This document shows, in pieces, positions 1 to 9,074 of a DNA stretch of 62,595 nucleotides. This DNA comes from an uncultured Alphaproteobacteria bacterium. GTDB lineage: Bacteria; Pseudomonadota; Alphaproteobacteria; HIMB59; GCA-002718135. The notes under the pieces are model-generated. The model was not told the origin of the DNA. It did not search any database and worked only from the letters and a program-made list of their open reading frames with translations. Within the stretch, counting starts at the first letter, position 1. Every line of letters starts with the position of its first letter. The stretch is taken from positions 1 through 62,595 of the forward strand of contig CACDMT010000004.1 in the NCBI GenBank assembly GCA_902553945.1, written 5' to 3'. The position numbers were made by a program, and so were the translations under genes.

Positions 1-878
1 GACATTATAGACATAGGCCATTTATATTTTAAGTGACTTTCTAAAAGTGATTTTGTTATTTCTCTATCACGAGGATACATTCCAAAATTTGTATCAGCTA
101 AATGCAAATTTGTAATTTTGAGCTTTTCAGCTCTTTTTGCTATGTATTGAATCTCTTCATTAACTCTATCTGTTGAAAACATATGAATTTTTTGAAAATA
201 ATCATTTCCTGTATGACAAAATGAGCATTTAAATGGACACCCTCTATTGGTTTCCAAAAAAGGTGTTAGTTTACCATCAAAAAAATGATCCATTAATCCA
301 TTTAAATAAGGTGAGGGAATATCATCTAATATTTTAATTCTTTCAGATGGATTACCTTTAAACAAATTATCTTTATTATTTTTATCTAAAAAAACAGCAC
401 CATTAATAGGTGTTTCAAATATTTTATCTTTATTTAAGTTAGATTCCATTATTCTATTTATTATATTAGTTGTTGTTATTTCACCTTCCATAATCATAAA
501 GATATCAGTAGAAGGTCTTAATTTCATAAATTCAATTTGTTGAGCGTCATCATGAGGAAAATTAGGGCCGCCTTGGGCAACTATTATGTTCGGATTTATT
601 CTTTTAGCAATTGATGAAATATGCTCAGAAAGATTACTATTCCAAGAATAATTACTTAAACATATTAAATCCGGACTTTCATTTTTTAATGCTTCAATGA
701 CAGTATTGGGATATTTAAACAATTGAACACTTATTTCATTTTCAAATTTTTTTTTAGCGTATGATGCTATAAAACCAATGTTTATTGGTATTGTATCAGA
801 AACAAGAATAATAGTGTCATATGTTAAATCACAAAAAAATATTTTTAAAGGTCTTCTTTTTTTAAAATTTTTATTCAT
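1..878 (-). CDS. Cobalamin (B12)-binding radical SAM protein, 3' end outside window
   Basis: Not in the ORF track. Hand translation from ATG at 878 gives MNKNFKKRRPLKIFFCDL...SNYSWN...QGGPNF...EGE...SPYL...ETNRGCPFKCSFC...LADTNFG: a B12-binding N-domain plus CxxxCxxC. The frame stays open to the window edge. Confidence 0.9.
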   Translation of the reverse strand, partial: MNKNFKKRRPLKIFFCDLTYDTIILVSDTIPINIGFIASYAKKKFENEISVQLFKYPNTVIEALKNESPDLICLSNYSWNSNLSEHISSIAKRINPNIIVAQGGPNFPHDDAQQIEFMKLRPSTDIFMIMEGEITTTNIINRIMESNLNKDKIFETPINGAVFLDKNNKDNLFKGNPSERIKILDDIPSPYLNGLMDHFFDGKLTPFLETNRGCPFKCSFCHTGNDYFQKIHMFSTDRVNEEIQYIAKRAEKLKITNLHLADTNFGMYPRDREITKSLLESHLKYKWPMSIM

Positions 879-1007
879 TTATATTTTTGATTTAATCAAC
901 CTTAAGCCTTAGTAAGATAATTTATCTAATATTATAATGTAATTAATTAATTTCTAAAATTGTTTTTTGAATAAAATTATGTAAAAAATAGAATATATAG
1001 ATTTAAA

Positions 1008-1670
1008 TTAAAATAATTTTCCAACTATAAATAATCCAAAAGACACAGAAAAACCTATAGTAAATGCAGATACTATTGTACCTAAACCGACAATACCACC
1101 CAAATAATAACCTAAAAGTACAGCTGTTAATTCCAAAAATGTTCTAATATACGATAAGGGTAATTTTGTTTGTTTATTAATACCAGTCATTAACCCATCT
1201 CTTGGTCCTGGTCCTAAATTAGCAATTAAATAAAATCCACTACCTATACCTATAATTAAAATTCCTATTATCATTTGAATAAATTGTAATAAGAAAACTT
1301 GAGGTTTTGGTAAAAATGGCAAAGTAATATCTAAAACAATCGAAATAAGTATAGCATTTAAAATAGTGCCTATTCCAGGTTTTTGTTTTAATGGAAACCA
1401 AAATAAAAGAACTAAAACACTTATAATAAATGTAGTAACACCAATTGTAAAACCAGTTTTAAATGATAATCCTTGATGAAGAACAAACCATGGGCTTACC
1501 CCAATATTAGCATTTAACAATAGAGCCTCACCAATAGCAAATAAAATTAATCCAAAAATTAAATATATAATAGTTAATTTATTTGGTTTTAAATTATATT
1601 CATAAGATGAGCTCCATGTAAGATTAGGGATTTTTTTTAAAGTAAGCACATAAATTATATTTTTCATCAT
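1008..1670 (-). CDS. YczE/YyaS/YitT-family membrane protein
   Basis: Multi-TM with GVSPW, PGIGT and LGPGPRDGLMTG motifs. Confidence 0.85.
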   Translation of the reverse strand: MMKNIIYVLTLKKIPNLTWSSSYEYNLKPNKLTIIYLIFGLILFAIGEALLLNANIGVSPWFVLHQGLSFKTGFTIGVTTFIISVLVLLFWFPLKQKPGIGTILNAILISIVLDITLPFLPKPQVFLLQFIQMIIGILIIGIGSGFYLIANLGPGPRDGLMTGINKQTKLPLSYIRTFLELTAVLLGYYLGGIVGLGTIVSAFTIGFSVSFGLFIVGKLF

Positions 1671-1719
1671 AAATTTTATTTTGTTTATTACATATTAATG
1701 TTTAAACTTATATTTAATT

Positions 1720-2898
1720 ATGAATGAAATTTATGAATATATTAATAAAGAAAAATTATCTTCTGTCTTAAAAAGTATAGAAAAAGCTAATGGGCTTCCA
1801 AACGAATGTTATTTAGAAGGTGAATATAATAAAATTGAAAGAAAAAAAATATTTGAAGATAATTGGGTTGTAATAGGAACAGCAAGCTCTATTCCAGAAA
1901 TTGGTGATGTTAAAAGTTTTAATCTCTTAGGTATACCGCTTATTATACTACGAGATAAAAAAAAAGATATTAAAGTATTTCATAATGTATGCAGTCATAG
2001 AGGGTACAAATTAATTAATAAAGATTGTAAAATTAATAATGTTATAAGATGTCCTTATCATTCATGGTCATATAATCTCTCAGGTGAGTTAGTAGCTACA
2101 CCACATATAGGTGGAGTTAATATTCATAATCATATTAATTTTAATAAAAATGAAAATAATTTAAAAGAAGTGAAAAGCTTTATTTGGTTAGATTTAATAC
2201 TCATAAATATCTCTGAAAATGCAATTCCATTCAATGATTATATAAAACCTCTAGAAAAAAGATGGTCTGAATTTATTTCTAAAGAAGATTATGAATTAAT
2301 TGTTCATCCAAAAGATTATGGTAATTTTAGTTTTGAAGCAAAATGTAATTGGAAATTTGCTATTGAGAATTTTTGTGAAAGTTATCACTTACCCTTTGTT
2401 CACCCAGGATTAAACGAATATTCTAAAATTGATGATCATTATCATATAGAAGGATTACCAAACCGTTTTGCTGGACAAGGATCATATGTTTATAATCCAA
2501 ATTTTAAAAACAAAGAACAATTTCCCACTTTTCCAAGTTGGCCTAAATATAAATATAAACACGCTGAATATGTTGCCCTATTTCCTAATGTTATGTTGGG
2601 TATTCATAAAGATCATTATTATGCATTTTGGTTAGAGCCTATCAATCATAATAAAACACTTGAACATATGGAAATATATTATGTCGGAGAAGAAGCTGCT
2701 TTATCAAAAAAATATAAAAAAATACGTAAAGAAAATTATATTCAATGGAAAAAAATTATGACTGAAGATTTAGACATAATTCAAGGAATGCAAGAAGGAA
2801 GAAACTCCCCAATTTACAATGGTGGTAATTTTTCACCAGTGCTTGATAATCCTACTCATCACTTTGCAAAATGGGTAGTTAATGAAATAATTAAATAA
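1720..2898 (+). CDS. Rieske non-heme iron oxygenase alpha subunit (choline monooxygenase / GbcA-like)
   Basis: Rieske CSH...CPYH; mononuclear Fe ligands in NWK..ENFCESYHLPFVH and a late Asp (EDLDI). Confidence 0.88.
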   Translation: MNEIYEYINKEKLSSVLKSIEKANGLPNECYLEGEYNKIERKKIFEDNWVVIGTASSIPEIGDVKSFNLLGIPLIILRDKKKDIKVFHNVCSHRGYKLINKDCKINNVIRCPYHSWSYNLSGELVATPHIGGVNIHNHINFNKNENNLKEVKSFIWLDLILINISENAIPFNDYIKPLEKRWSEFISKEDYELIVHPKDYGNFSFEAKCNWKFAIENFCESYHLPFVHPGLNEYSKIDDHYHIEGLPNRFAGQGSYVYNPNFKNKEQFPTFPSWPKYKYKHAEYVALFPNVMLGIHKDHYYAFWLEPINHNKTLEHMEIYYVGEEAALSKKYKKIRKENYIQWKKIMTEDLDIIQGMQEGRNSPIYNGGNFSPVLDNPTHHFAKWVVNEIIK

Positions 2899-2929
2899 AT
2901 ATATACGCCATTATTGATGGTTTAAAAAT

Positions 2930-3334
2930 TTATTGAAAATAACTTCTTATTTTTTTTCTTGATGCAAAGTGAACTATTATAGATACTACAAAAAAGAATA
3001 ATACAAATAAATACTCCCTGATTGGCACTTCTAAAGAATAAAAAACAAATAATGCACAAATTGTAAGTGATTTTAAATAAATGTCTAAAAATTGTAAGGG
3101 AAATAATTTTTCTGTCTGATAAAATAAATACCTCATACCAAAATAAATAAAAGTTAAAAAAACAGATAATCTTACTGAATTAGTTCTATGATAAGGAACT
3201 TCTTGTCTTTCGCTAAAATTAAATGGAAAATATACAGTGACTCCAAGTAGTTCCGAAATAACTATAAAAGCTGCCCATAATGATAAAATCGCAATAATAA
3301 ATTTAGATAATAATCTTGTCACTTCTCTAGTCAC
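2930..3334 (-). CDS. Hypothetical membrane protein (about 4 TM)
   Basis: 134-aa hydrophobic ORF with GTG start, filling a gap. Confidence 0.65.
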   Translation of the reverse strand: MTREVTRLLSKFIIAILSLWAAFIVISELLGVTVYFPFNFSERQEVPYHRTNSVRLSVFLTFIYFGMRYLFYQTEKLFPLQFLDIYLKSLTICALFVFYSLEVPIREYLFVLFFFVVSIIVHFASRKKIRSYFQ

Positions 3335-3477
3335 TTCATTATACTTTCATACGATCTTTTGCTACTAAACATAAATATTTTAAAGTTGTGACATGTTTAA
3401 TTATTATCTTTTACAATAAATTTGAAAAAATAGTATTAATTTCAAACATTATTTAAAAAATGGCTAATTATATAGAT

Positions 3478-3873
3478 TTAATTAAAGTTATTTTTAATAG
3501 GTGAAAAAAATAAGAGAATTAAAATTGCCCCACTTAACATTCCTCCTATTTGATCTAAAATTCCACTATATGAAGTAAAAATTACTGACCCATTAAAAAA
3601 ATTAAACAGAAGACCTAAAATAATTAAAATTAAATAAAGATTTTTAGCGTATGTGATAAAACGATAAAGTAAGTTTAGTGTAAGAAGATATAAAAGAAAC
3701 AAAGATAGCGATAATATTTTATTAAAGTATTCAAAATTAGATAATATACCTCTGTCTAAAAAATTATAAATATCTACAAATTCTTTTGGTTGATAAATAG
3801 AAGAAATAACTATTAAAATTAAAATTATAAAATCTAATATTATTAAATTTTTAAATAACTTTTCTAAATCCAT
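3478..3873 (-). CDS. Hypothetical membrane protein (about 4 TM)
   Basis: 131-aa hydrophobic ORF ending LILLFFSPIKNNF. Confidence 0.65.
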   Translation of the reverse strand: MDLEKLFKNLIILDFIILILIVISSIYQPKEFVDIYNFLDRGILSNFEYFNKILSLSLFLLYLLTLNLLYRFITYAKNLYLILIILGLLFNFFNGSVIFTSYSGILDQIGGMLSGAILILLFFSPIKNNFN

Positions 3874-3924
3874 AATACATAATTATGTTAATTAATACTA
3901 AAAAGAAAGTTAATTAATATTTTG

Positions 3925-4644
3925 TTAATAGTCTTTTATTGATCTTAAAAAACATATCCATGTAAAATATCCTGTACAAACTAACCAAATAATTAAAACT
4001 ATTGTATCATTAATAATTAAATTAATTTCTGATTTTGTAACTAATCTTATTGTTGTGGCAGCCCATATAATAGTAAAAAAAATTGTTAAATTTTTGTAAG
4101 ACTTTACCCTTAATGGGTGAACAAATTTCCATGGTATAAAAGTAAGAACAGATAATATAATTATCACAATTAAATTAATCCATTCATTGGTATTTAAAAT
4201 AAAAAAATATAAAACTACAATATTCCAAACTGCAGGAAATCCAGAGAAGTAATAATCATCAGTTTTCATATTTACATTAATAAAAGTGTAAAGTGAGACC
4301 CCTATTATTAATGCAGGTAAAAAAATATTGAATCCATTAGGGACCATATTAAAAAAGTAGATCATCAAAGCTGGATTAATAACGTAATTTAAATAATCAA
4401 TAATACTATCTAAAATAACACCATCTAAATTTGGAACTTTTTCTTCAACATTTATTTTTCTTGCAATATTTCCGTCTGTGCCATCTACAATTAAGGCAAT
4501 ACCTAAAAATAAAAATGCACCTACTTGATCATTATTTAAAGTAGAAATCATAGCTAAAAATCCAAGAATAGCTCCTGTAGCAGTATATGCGTGTACCGCG
4601 TAGCCAGATAATTTATCTTTATCAACTTTCATTATTTGATGCAT
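3925..4644 (-). CDS. pcs: Phosphatidylcholine synthase (CDP-alcohol phosphatidyltransferase family)
   Basis: VHAYTATGA, DGTDGNIAR...DGVILDSIIDYLNY, FSGFPAVWN and FVHPLRV match Pcs. Confidence 0.85.
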   Translation of the reverse strand: MHQIMKVDKDKLSGYAVHAYTATGAILGFLAMISTLNNDQVGAFLFLGIALIVDGTDGNIARKINVEEKVPNLDGVILDSIIDYLNYVINPALMIYFFNMVPNGFNIFLPALIIGVSLYTFINVNMKTDDYYFSGFPAVWNIVVLYFFILNTNEWINLIVIIILSVLTFIPWKFVHPLRVKSYKNLTIFFTIIWAATTIRLVTKSEINLIINDTIVLIIWLVCTGYFTWICFLRSIKDY

Positions 4645-4711
4645 TTATCATTAAAATTCTTCCTTGTTTAGATAAATAAAATAATTCCTAGAGTTATGGG
4701 AAAATATTTAT

Positions 4712-5092
4712 TTATAGTAAAGAAATTATATCTTTATCACCTTCAGCAAATTCGTAATTTTTAAATTCTTCTTTAGATACCCATGCAAAGTCTTCATGCT
4801 CATTTAATATTATTTCTCCTCTTAGAATTGAGCAAAAAAAATAGTGTAATCTCACATTTATCTTATCATCTTTATAATTTTCTTCACCTAACTTACTATC
4901 TACTTTTATATCAACGTTTAATTCTTCTTTAATTTCTCTAATTACTGTTTCTTCTAAAGTTTCATTTTCATCTTGTTTGCCTCCTGGAAATTCATAAAAT
5001 CCGCCCAGATGTTTTTTTTTATTTCTTTTAGCTATAAAAAATTTGTTTTTTTTTGTTATAATAGCAGCTGCAACGTTTATTTTTTTCATCAA
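4712..5092 (-). CDS. mutT: MutT/NudG-like Nudix (d)NTP pyrophosphohydrolase
   Basis: Nudix box in EFPGGKQDENETLEETVIREIKEEL; overlaps the photolyase stop by 4 nt. Confidence 0.8.
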   Translation of the reverse strand: MMKKINVAAAIITKKNKFFIAKRNKKKHLGGFYEFPGGKQDENETLEETVIREIKEELNVDIKVDSKLGEENYKDDKINVRLHYFFCSILRGEIILNEHEDFAWVSKEEFKNYEFAEGDKDIISLL

Positions 5093-6567
5093 GTTGTATT
5101 ATCACGAATAAATTGATTTGCTTTTTTTATTATATATTTTTTTCTTTCTTCTTTCATTTTATCATAAATAACAACCATCATATTTAATCTTGGATTTGTT
5201 TGAAAAAAATTTCTATTTTTATTTATAAATCGCCAATACAAACCATCCATAATATCATTCCATGGACCTTTTTTAAAATTCATCATTTTTTTAAAATAAC
5301 TTGATCCGCAAATATATGGTTTTGTACTAAAAATTCCACCATCGGAAAATAATCCCATTCCATAAACATTTGGGCTCATAACCCAGCAACTTGAATCAGT
5401 GTACACTTCCATAAACCAATTATACACTTGTTTAGGTTCTATCTCACACAAATTCATTATATTACAAATAATCATTAAACGTTCAATATGATGAGAATAT
5501 CCATATTTAATTGCATTTGAAATACTGTGATCTAAAGGATCTAGTCCTGTTGATCCATTATACCAACTTTTTGTTAAAGATTTTTTATGTTTAAAAAAAT
5601 TATTATTTTCTAATTCTTTGTCATAGTTTTGATAAATACCTCTAATAAATTCTCTCCAACCAATTATTTGTCTTACATAACCTTCATAAGAATTAATTTT
5701 AATCTTACTTTCTACTTTTTTAATACGTTGAATAATAATTTCAGGTGTTATTAATCCTAAATTAATTAGTGGACTTAATGCACTATGAAATAAGAAATTG
5801 TTATTAGTGTCAACAGCATCTTCATAATCTCCAAATAAATTAAATTTTTTTTCAATAAAATGATCAAGCCATTTAATTGCATCGAAATAAGTGGTTGGAA
5901 GCCAAAAATTATTTACATCACCAAGATGTTTTGGAAAATGCTTTTGTACTTCTTTTTTTAACTTCTGTGTGTGCATAGTTTCATTAGCACTTATCATACT
6001 TGGTATTTTAATTGATGATGGAAGTTTTTTTCTATTATCATCATCAAAACTCCACTTTCCTCCTTTTGGCTTACCTTTATCCATTAATATATCTGTTTTT
6101 GTTCTCACTATTTTATAAAAATTAGCCATAAATGGTTTTTTTGTTTTTGATAGATAGTTTTTAAAATCATCTCTGGAATTCAAAAACATTGGAGAAGGTA
6201 TTACTTTCCAGTTAATTTTAAGTTTTTTTATTAAGGACATTATTTTTTTTTCAAAAAATTTGTCTTCAATTTCAAATGAAACTAATTGATTTATTTTATT
6301 TTTTTTTATAAAAATCTCTAATTTTTTTTCATAAGGCACTTTGAAATCATTGTTAAGATCTAGATAATTTATTTTAAATTTATTTTTTTTAAGCTGATCT
6401 GCATAAGAGCGCATTGAAGATAAAAACAACAATAATTTAAGTTTGTGATGCTTTTGAAACGTACATAAACCATAATCTTCACACATGAAAAAAATGGATT
6501 TTTTATAATCTTCAAGGTTTTTTATAGGAAATAATTGATTTCCAAGTATCATAAATAAGCTATTCAT
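5089..6567 (-). CDS. Cryptochrome/photolyase, PhrB/COG3046-like prokaryotic (6-4) photolyase
   Basis: ILGNQLF, HHKLKL, GGKWSFDDDNRK, EGYVRQIIGWRE, GYSHHIERLM, KPY. Confidence 0.9.
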   Translation of the reverse strand: MNSLFMILGNQLFPIKNLEDYKKSIFFMCEDYGLCTFQKHHKLKLLLFLSSMRSYADQLKKNKFKINYLDLNNDFKVPYEKKLEIFIKKNKINQLVSFEIEDKFFEKKIMSLIKKLKINWKVIPSPMFLNSRDDFKNYLSKTKKPFMANFYKIVRTKTDILMDKGKPKGGKWSFDDDNRKKLPSSIKIPSMISANETMHTQKLKKEVQKHFPKHLGDVNNFWLPTTYFDAIKWLDHFIEKKFNLFGDYEDAVDTNNNFLFHSALSPLINLGLITPEIIIQRIKKVESKIKINSYEGYVRQIIGWREFIRGIYQNYDKELENNNFFKHKKSLTKSWYNGSTGLDPLDHSISNAIKYGYSHHIERLMIICNIMNLCEIEPKQVYNWFMEVYTDSSCWVMSPNVYGMGLFSDGGIFSTKPYICGSSYFKKMMNFKKGPWNDIMDGLYWRFINKNRNFFQTNPRLNMMVVIYDKMKEERKKYIIKKANQFIRDNTT

Positions 6568-6661
6568 TTAAAGTTAAGATAGTAACTTATTCTCTAATTT
6601 TAAGATTTTATTGTATTTTATTACTTATTTTAGACAATTTTAATTTATAATCTAAAATATA

Positions 6662-7171
6662 ATGTTCAAAATTTATAAGAATTTATTAATAATTTTACTG
6701 CTAAGTTTGCCTCTACTTTCTTGCAATACTACATCTTCAAATAATGTTAAAAAATCAGATGCCCAAAAAATTACTAACATAGAATATGGAACAATTAAAA
6801 CTTCACTGCCAGTGAAGATAAAGGGGGAAAGTGATTGGATTGGTTTAACAGCAGGAACAATGATTGGAGGATTATTGGGAACTCAAATATGTGGTCAAGA
6901 AGAAGTTTTAGGTACAAAATGTCAAGACATAGCCGTAGTTTATGGAGCAATTGGGGGAGCTGCATTAGGTTCAGTAATACAAGCAAAAATTGGAAATCAT
7001 GATGGATTTCAATATATTATTAATATTGATCAGTGTGGTGAAAATTCAACTAATTGTGAGAGTAATCAAGATAAAGCTTTTGTTCAGGGCGATGAAAATC
7101 CGATAGCTAAAGGTCATCGTGTTGTTATTATCTATGGTGATGATGTTAGAGTTATGCCATATGAAAATTAA
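6662..7171 (+). CDS. Glycine-zipper outer membrane lipoprotein (SlyB/17-kDa-antigen-like)
   Basis: Lipobox LLSC and glycine zipper GTMIGGLLG...GAIGGAALG. Confidence 0.75.
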   Translation: MFKIYKNLLIILLLSLPLLSCNTTSSNNVKKSDAQKITNIEYGTIKTSLPVKIKGESDWIGLTAGTMIGGLLGTQICGQEEVLGTKCQDIAVVYGAIGGAALGSVIQAKIGNHDGFQYIINIDQCGENSTNCESNQDKAFVQGDENPIAKGHRVVIIYGDDVRVMPYEN

Positions 7172-8018
7172 TTTATTAAAAATTTTAGTTATAATTATTT
7201 GTTTTTTTTCATTTAAAATAAATGCTGAATTAGTTTTTGAAGACAATTTTCCTAAAAATTTACAAGGAGTTTGGAGTGAAGATTGTCAATCGGAATATCA
7301 AGTTTTTATTATTTCCAATAATACTAGTATGTGGATCGACGAAACTTATGTAGGATTTAATATTTCTAAAACTTCTAAAGTTCAAGATTGGGTAGCATAT
7401 AAATGGGGGGAACTAGACGTTAGTTATTATTATTTTTTAAAAAAAGATGGAAATCAATTATTAGAAATTACAGCCCCTGAAGAATGGGATGGGATAGATT
7501 ATTCTTTTTTAAATTCATCAAACTACTCTTCTTATGAAAAATGTGAGTCAATACCGAGTATATATCAAATAATTTATGGAGAAATAATTAGTTTAATGAA
7601 TTCGCAAATTATAGAAACCTGTAACAATGATACAAATCCATCTAATTGTATAAATGAAACTTTTAGTTTTCTTGACGTATCAAAAGACAATGAACTATCA
7701 GTTGCTGAACTAACTCGTGCTGCAAGAATTGTTATTTATTTTACATTTATAGATAAAAAACTTGAAGAAGATAGAGATATTGGATTTGCTACATACACTA
7801 CTACCTCTCTTATTTTTCCAGCATTATCAAAAATTCTAATTGGAAATTATGATTATGATAATTCAAACACTATATCATTAAAAGAAATATATACCGATCG
7901 TATCGACACTTTAGATTATCAAGATTTATTTAAAGAAAATTTACAAGGCTTAGATCCTGGTGAATTAAGAAGATTAATTGAAAATTTAGATTTTTTGAAA
8001 TCATTAATGTTAAATTAA
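7161..8018 (+). CDS. Secreted hypothetical protein with two EF-hand-like loops
   Basis: ATG at 7161 gives signal peptide MKINLLKILV...INA; loops DVSKDNELSVAE and DYDNSNTISLKE. Confidence 0.65.
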   Translation: MKINLLKILVIIICFFSFKINAELVFEDNFPKNLQGVWSEDCQSEYQVFIISNNTSMWIDETYVGFNISKTSKVQDWVAYKWGELDVSYYYFLKKDGNQLLEITAPEEWDGIDYSFLNSSNYSSYEKCESIPSIYQIIYGEIISLMNSQIIETCNNDTNPSNCINETFSFLDVSKDNELSVAELTRAARIVIYFTFIDKKLEEDRDIGFATYTTTSLIFPALSKILIGNYDYDNSNTISLKEIYTDRIDTLDYQDLFKENLQGLDPGELRRLIENLDFLKSLMLN

Positions 8019-8062
8019 TTTACTAACTTGACTTTTTAATATTTAATTAAATATAAATACTT

Positions 8063-8146
8063 ATGAATAAAAGAAACTTATATGCAGCAATAGCAATTGT
8101 TTTTATTTTTTTGGCATTAAATTTAACAATTTTATTTTTTTATTAA
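8063..8146 (+). CDS. Putative 27-aa single-helix membrane microprotein
   Basis: MNKRNLYAAIAIVFIFLALNLTILFFY*, hand translated; ends 3 nt before the next ATG. Confidence 0.45.
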   Translation: MNKRNLYAAIAIVFIFLALNLTILFFY

Positions 8147-8149
8147 AGC

Positions 8150-8353
8150 ATGGTCATAAAAAATAAATCTAGTATCTATAAAAAATTATATGAACTTAAT
8201 GGCCAAAAATCTATGTTTGGTCATGATAACATTCATTTTAAAACAGTAAATTTACCCAATAAACAAAGGTACATTAACTTGTCTAGTAAATTTGGCTTAA
8301 AAAAAATCTATAGGTCAAAATCAATTAATATACCGTTTATATCTTTAAATTAA
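8150..8353 (+). CDS. Small basic hypothetical protein
   Basis: 67-aa ORF that abuts the start of the next gene. Confidence 0.5.
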   Translation: MVIKNKSSIYKKLYELNGQKSMFGHDNIHFKTVNLPNKQRYINLSSKFGLKKIYRSKSINIPFISLN

Positions 8354-9049
8354 GTGATTAAAATATTTTTATTTTTAACACCATTAGCATTAATTTATTT
8401 ACCAGATTTATGGATAAAATATAATTTTAAAAAAAATAATAAAATTTTTCAAGATATGCCCTTTTCTGGTAAAGAATTGGGAGAGAAAATTTTAGAAGAA
8501 AATAATATCAAAGAAATTCCTATAAATTCAATTAAAGATTTACCTATTGGAAGTTGTCATTATGATCCCAAAAAAAAGGAAATCAACATCTCTGAGAGTA
8601 TATATGATAGAAAAAGTATAACTAGTTTAGCTGTTATAGTTCATGAAATTGGGCATGCCATACAAGATAAAGAAAATTCAAAGTTACTAAATTTAAGAAT
8701 ATCATTAATTAGAAAAACAAATGTACTTCAAAAAATAGGATCAATAGTTCTTATTATAGGGGTCCCATCTATATTTGCATTAACTAAAAGTCCATTTATT
8801 GTATTATTAATGACTTTAATAATTATTGCATCTTTTTCTACTAATCTTCTTATTCATTTAATCACACTGCCTACTGAAATAGATGCTAGTTTCAAAAAAG
8901 CACTACCAATATTAAATAAATATGTACCTAAAGAAAATTTAAAACAATGTAGATCAGTTTTAACTGCTGCAGCACTTACTTATTTAGCTGCTTCTATAAG
9001 AAGTATAATAAATTTAAGATTTATACTTTTAGCTCTATTTAGAAGATAA
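8354..9049 (+). CDS. Neutral zinc metallopeptidase (YugP-like)
   Basis: HYDP, HEIGH (HExxH), LPTEIDAS, AAALTY. Confidence 0.87.
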   Translation: MIKIFLFLTPLALIYLPDLWIKYNFKKNNKIFQDMPFSGKELGEKILEENNIKEIPINSIKDLPIGSCHYDPKKKEINISESIYDRKSITSLAVIVHEIGHAIQDKENSKLLNLRISLIRKTNVLQKIGSIVLIIGVPSIFALTKSPFIVLLMTLIIIASFSTNLLIHLITLPTEIDASFKKALPILNKYVPKENLKQCRSVLTAAALTYLAASIRSIINLRFILLALFRR

Positions 9050-9074
9050 TATAAAAAAATTTAAATACTATGAA

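Noticed and set aside
3318-3337. GTCACTTC direct repeat, two copies
   Set aside because: It lies at a gene start encoding VTREVTR and is too short to be meaningful.
7119-7160. Longest-ORF N-terminal extensions at 7119 (also 15657, 44882 and 61116)
   Set aside because: Downstream ATGs give proper signal peptides or family-typical starts and avoid large overlaps.
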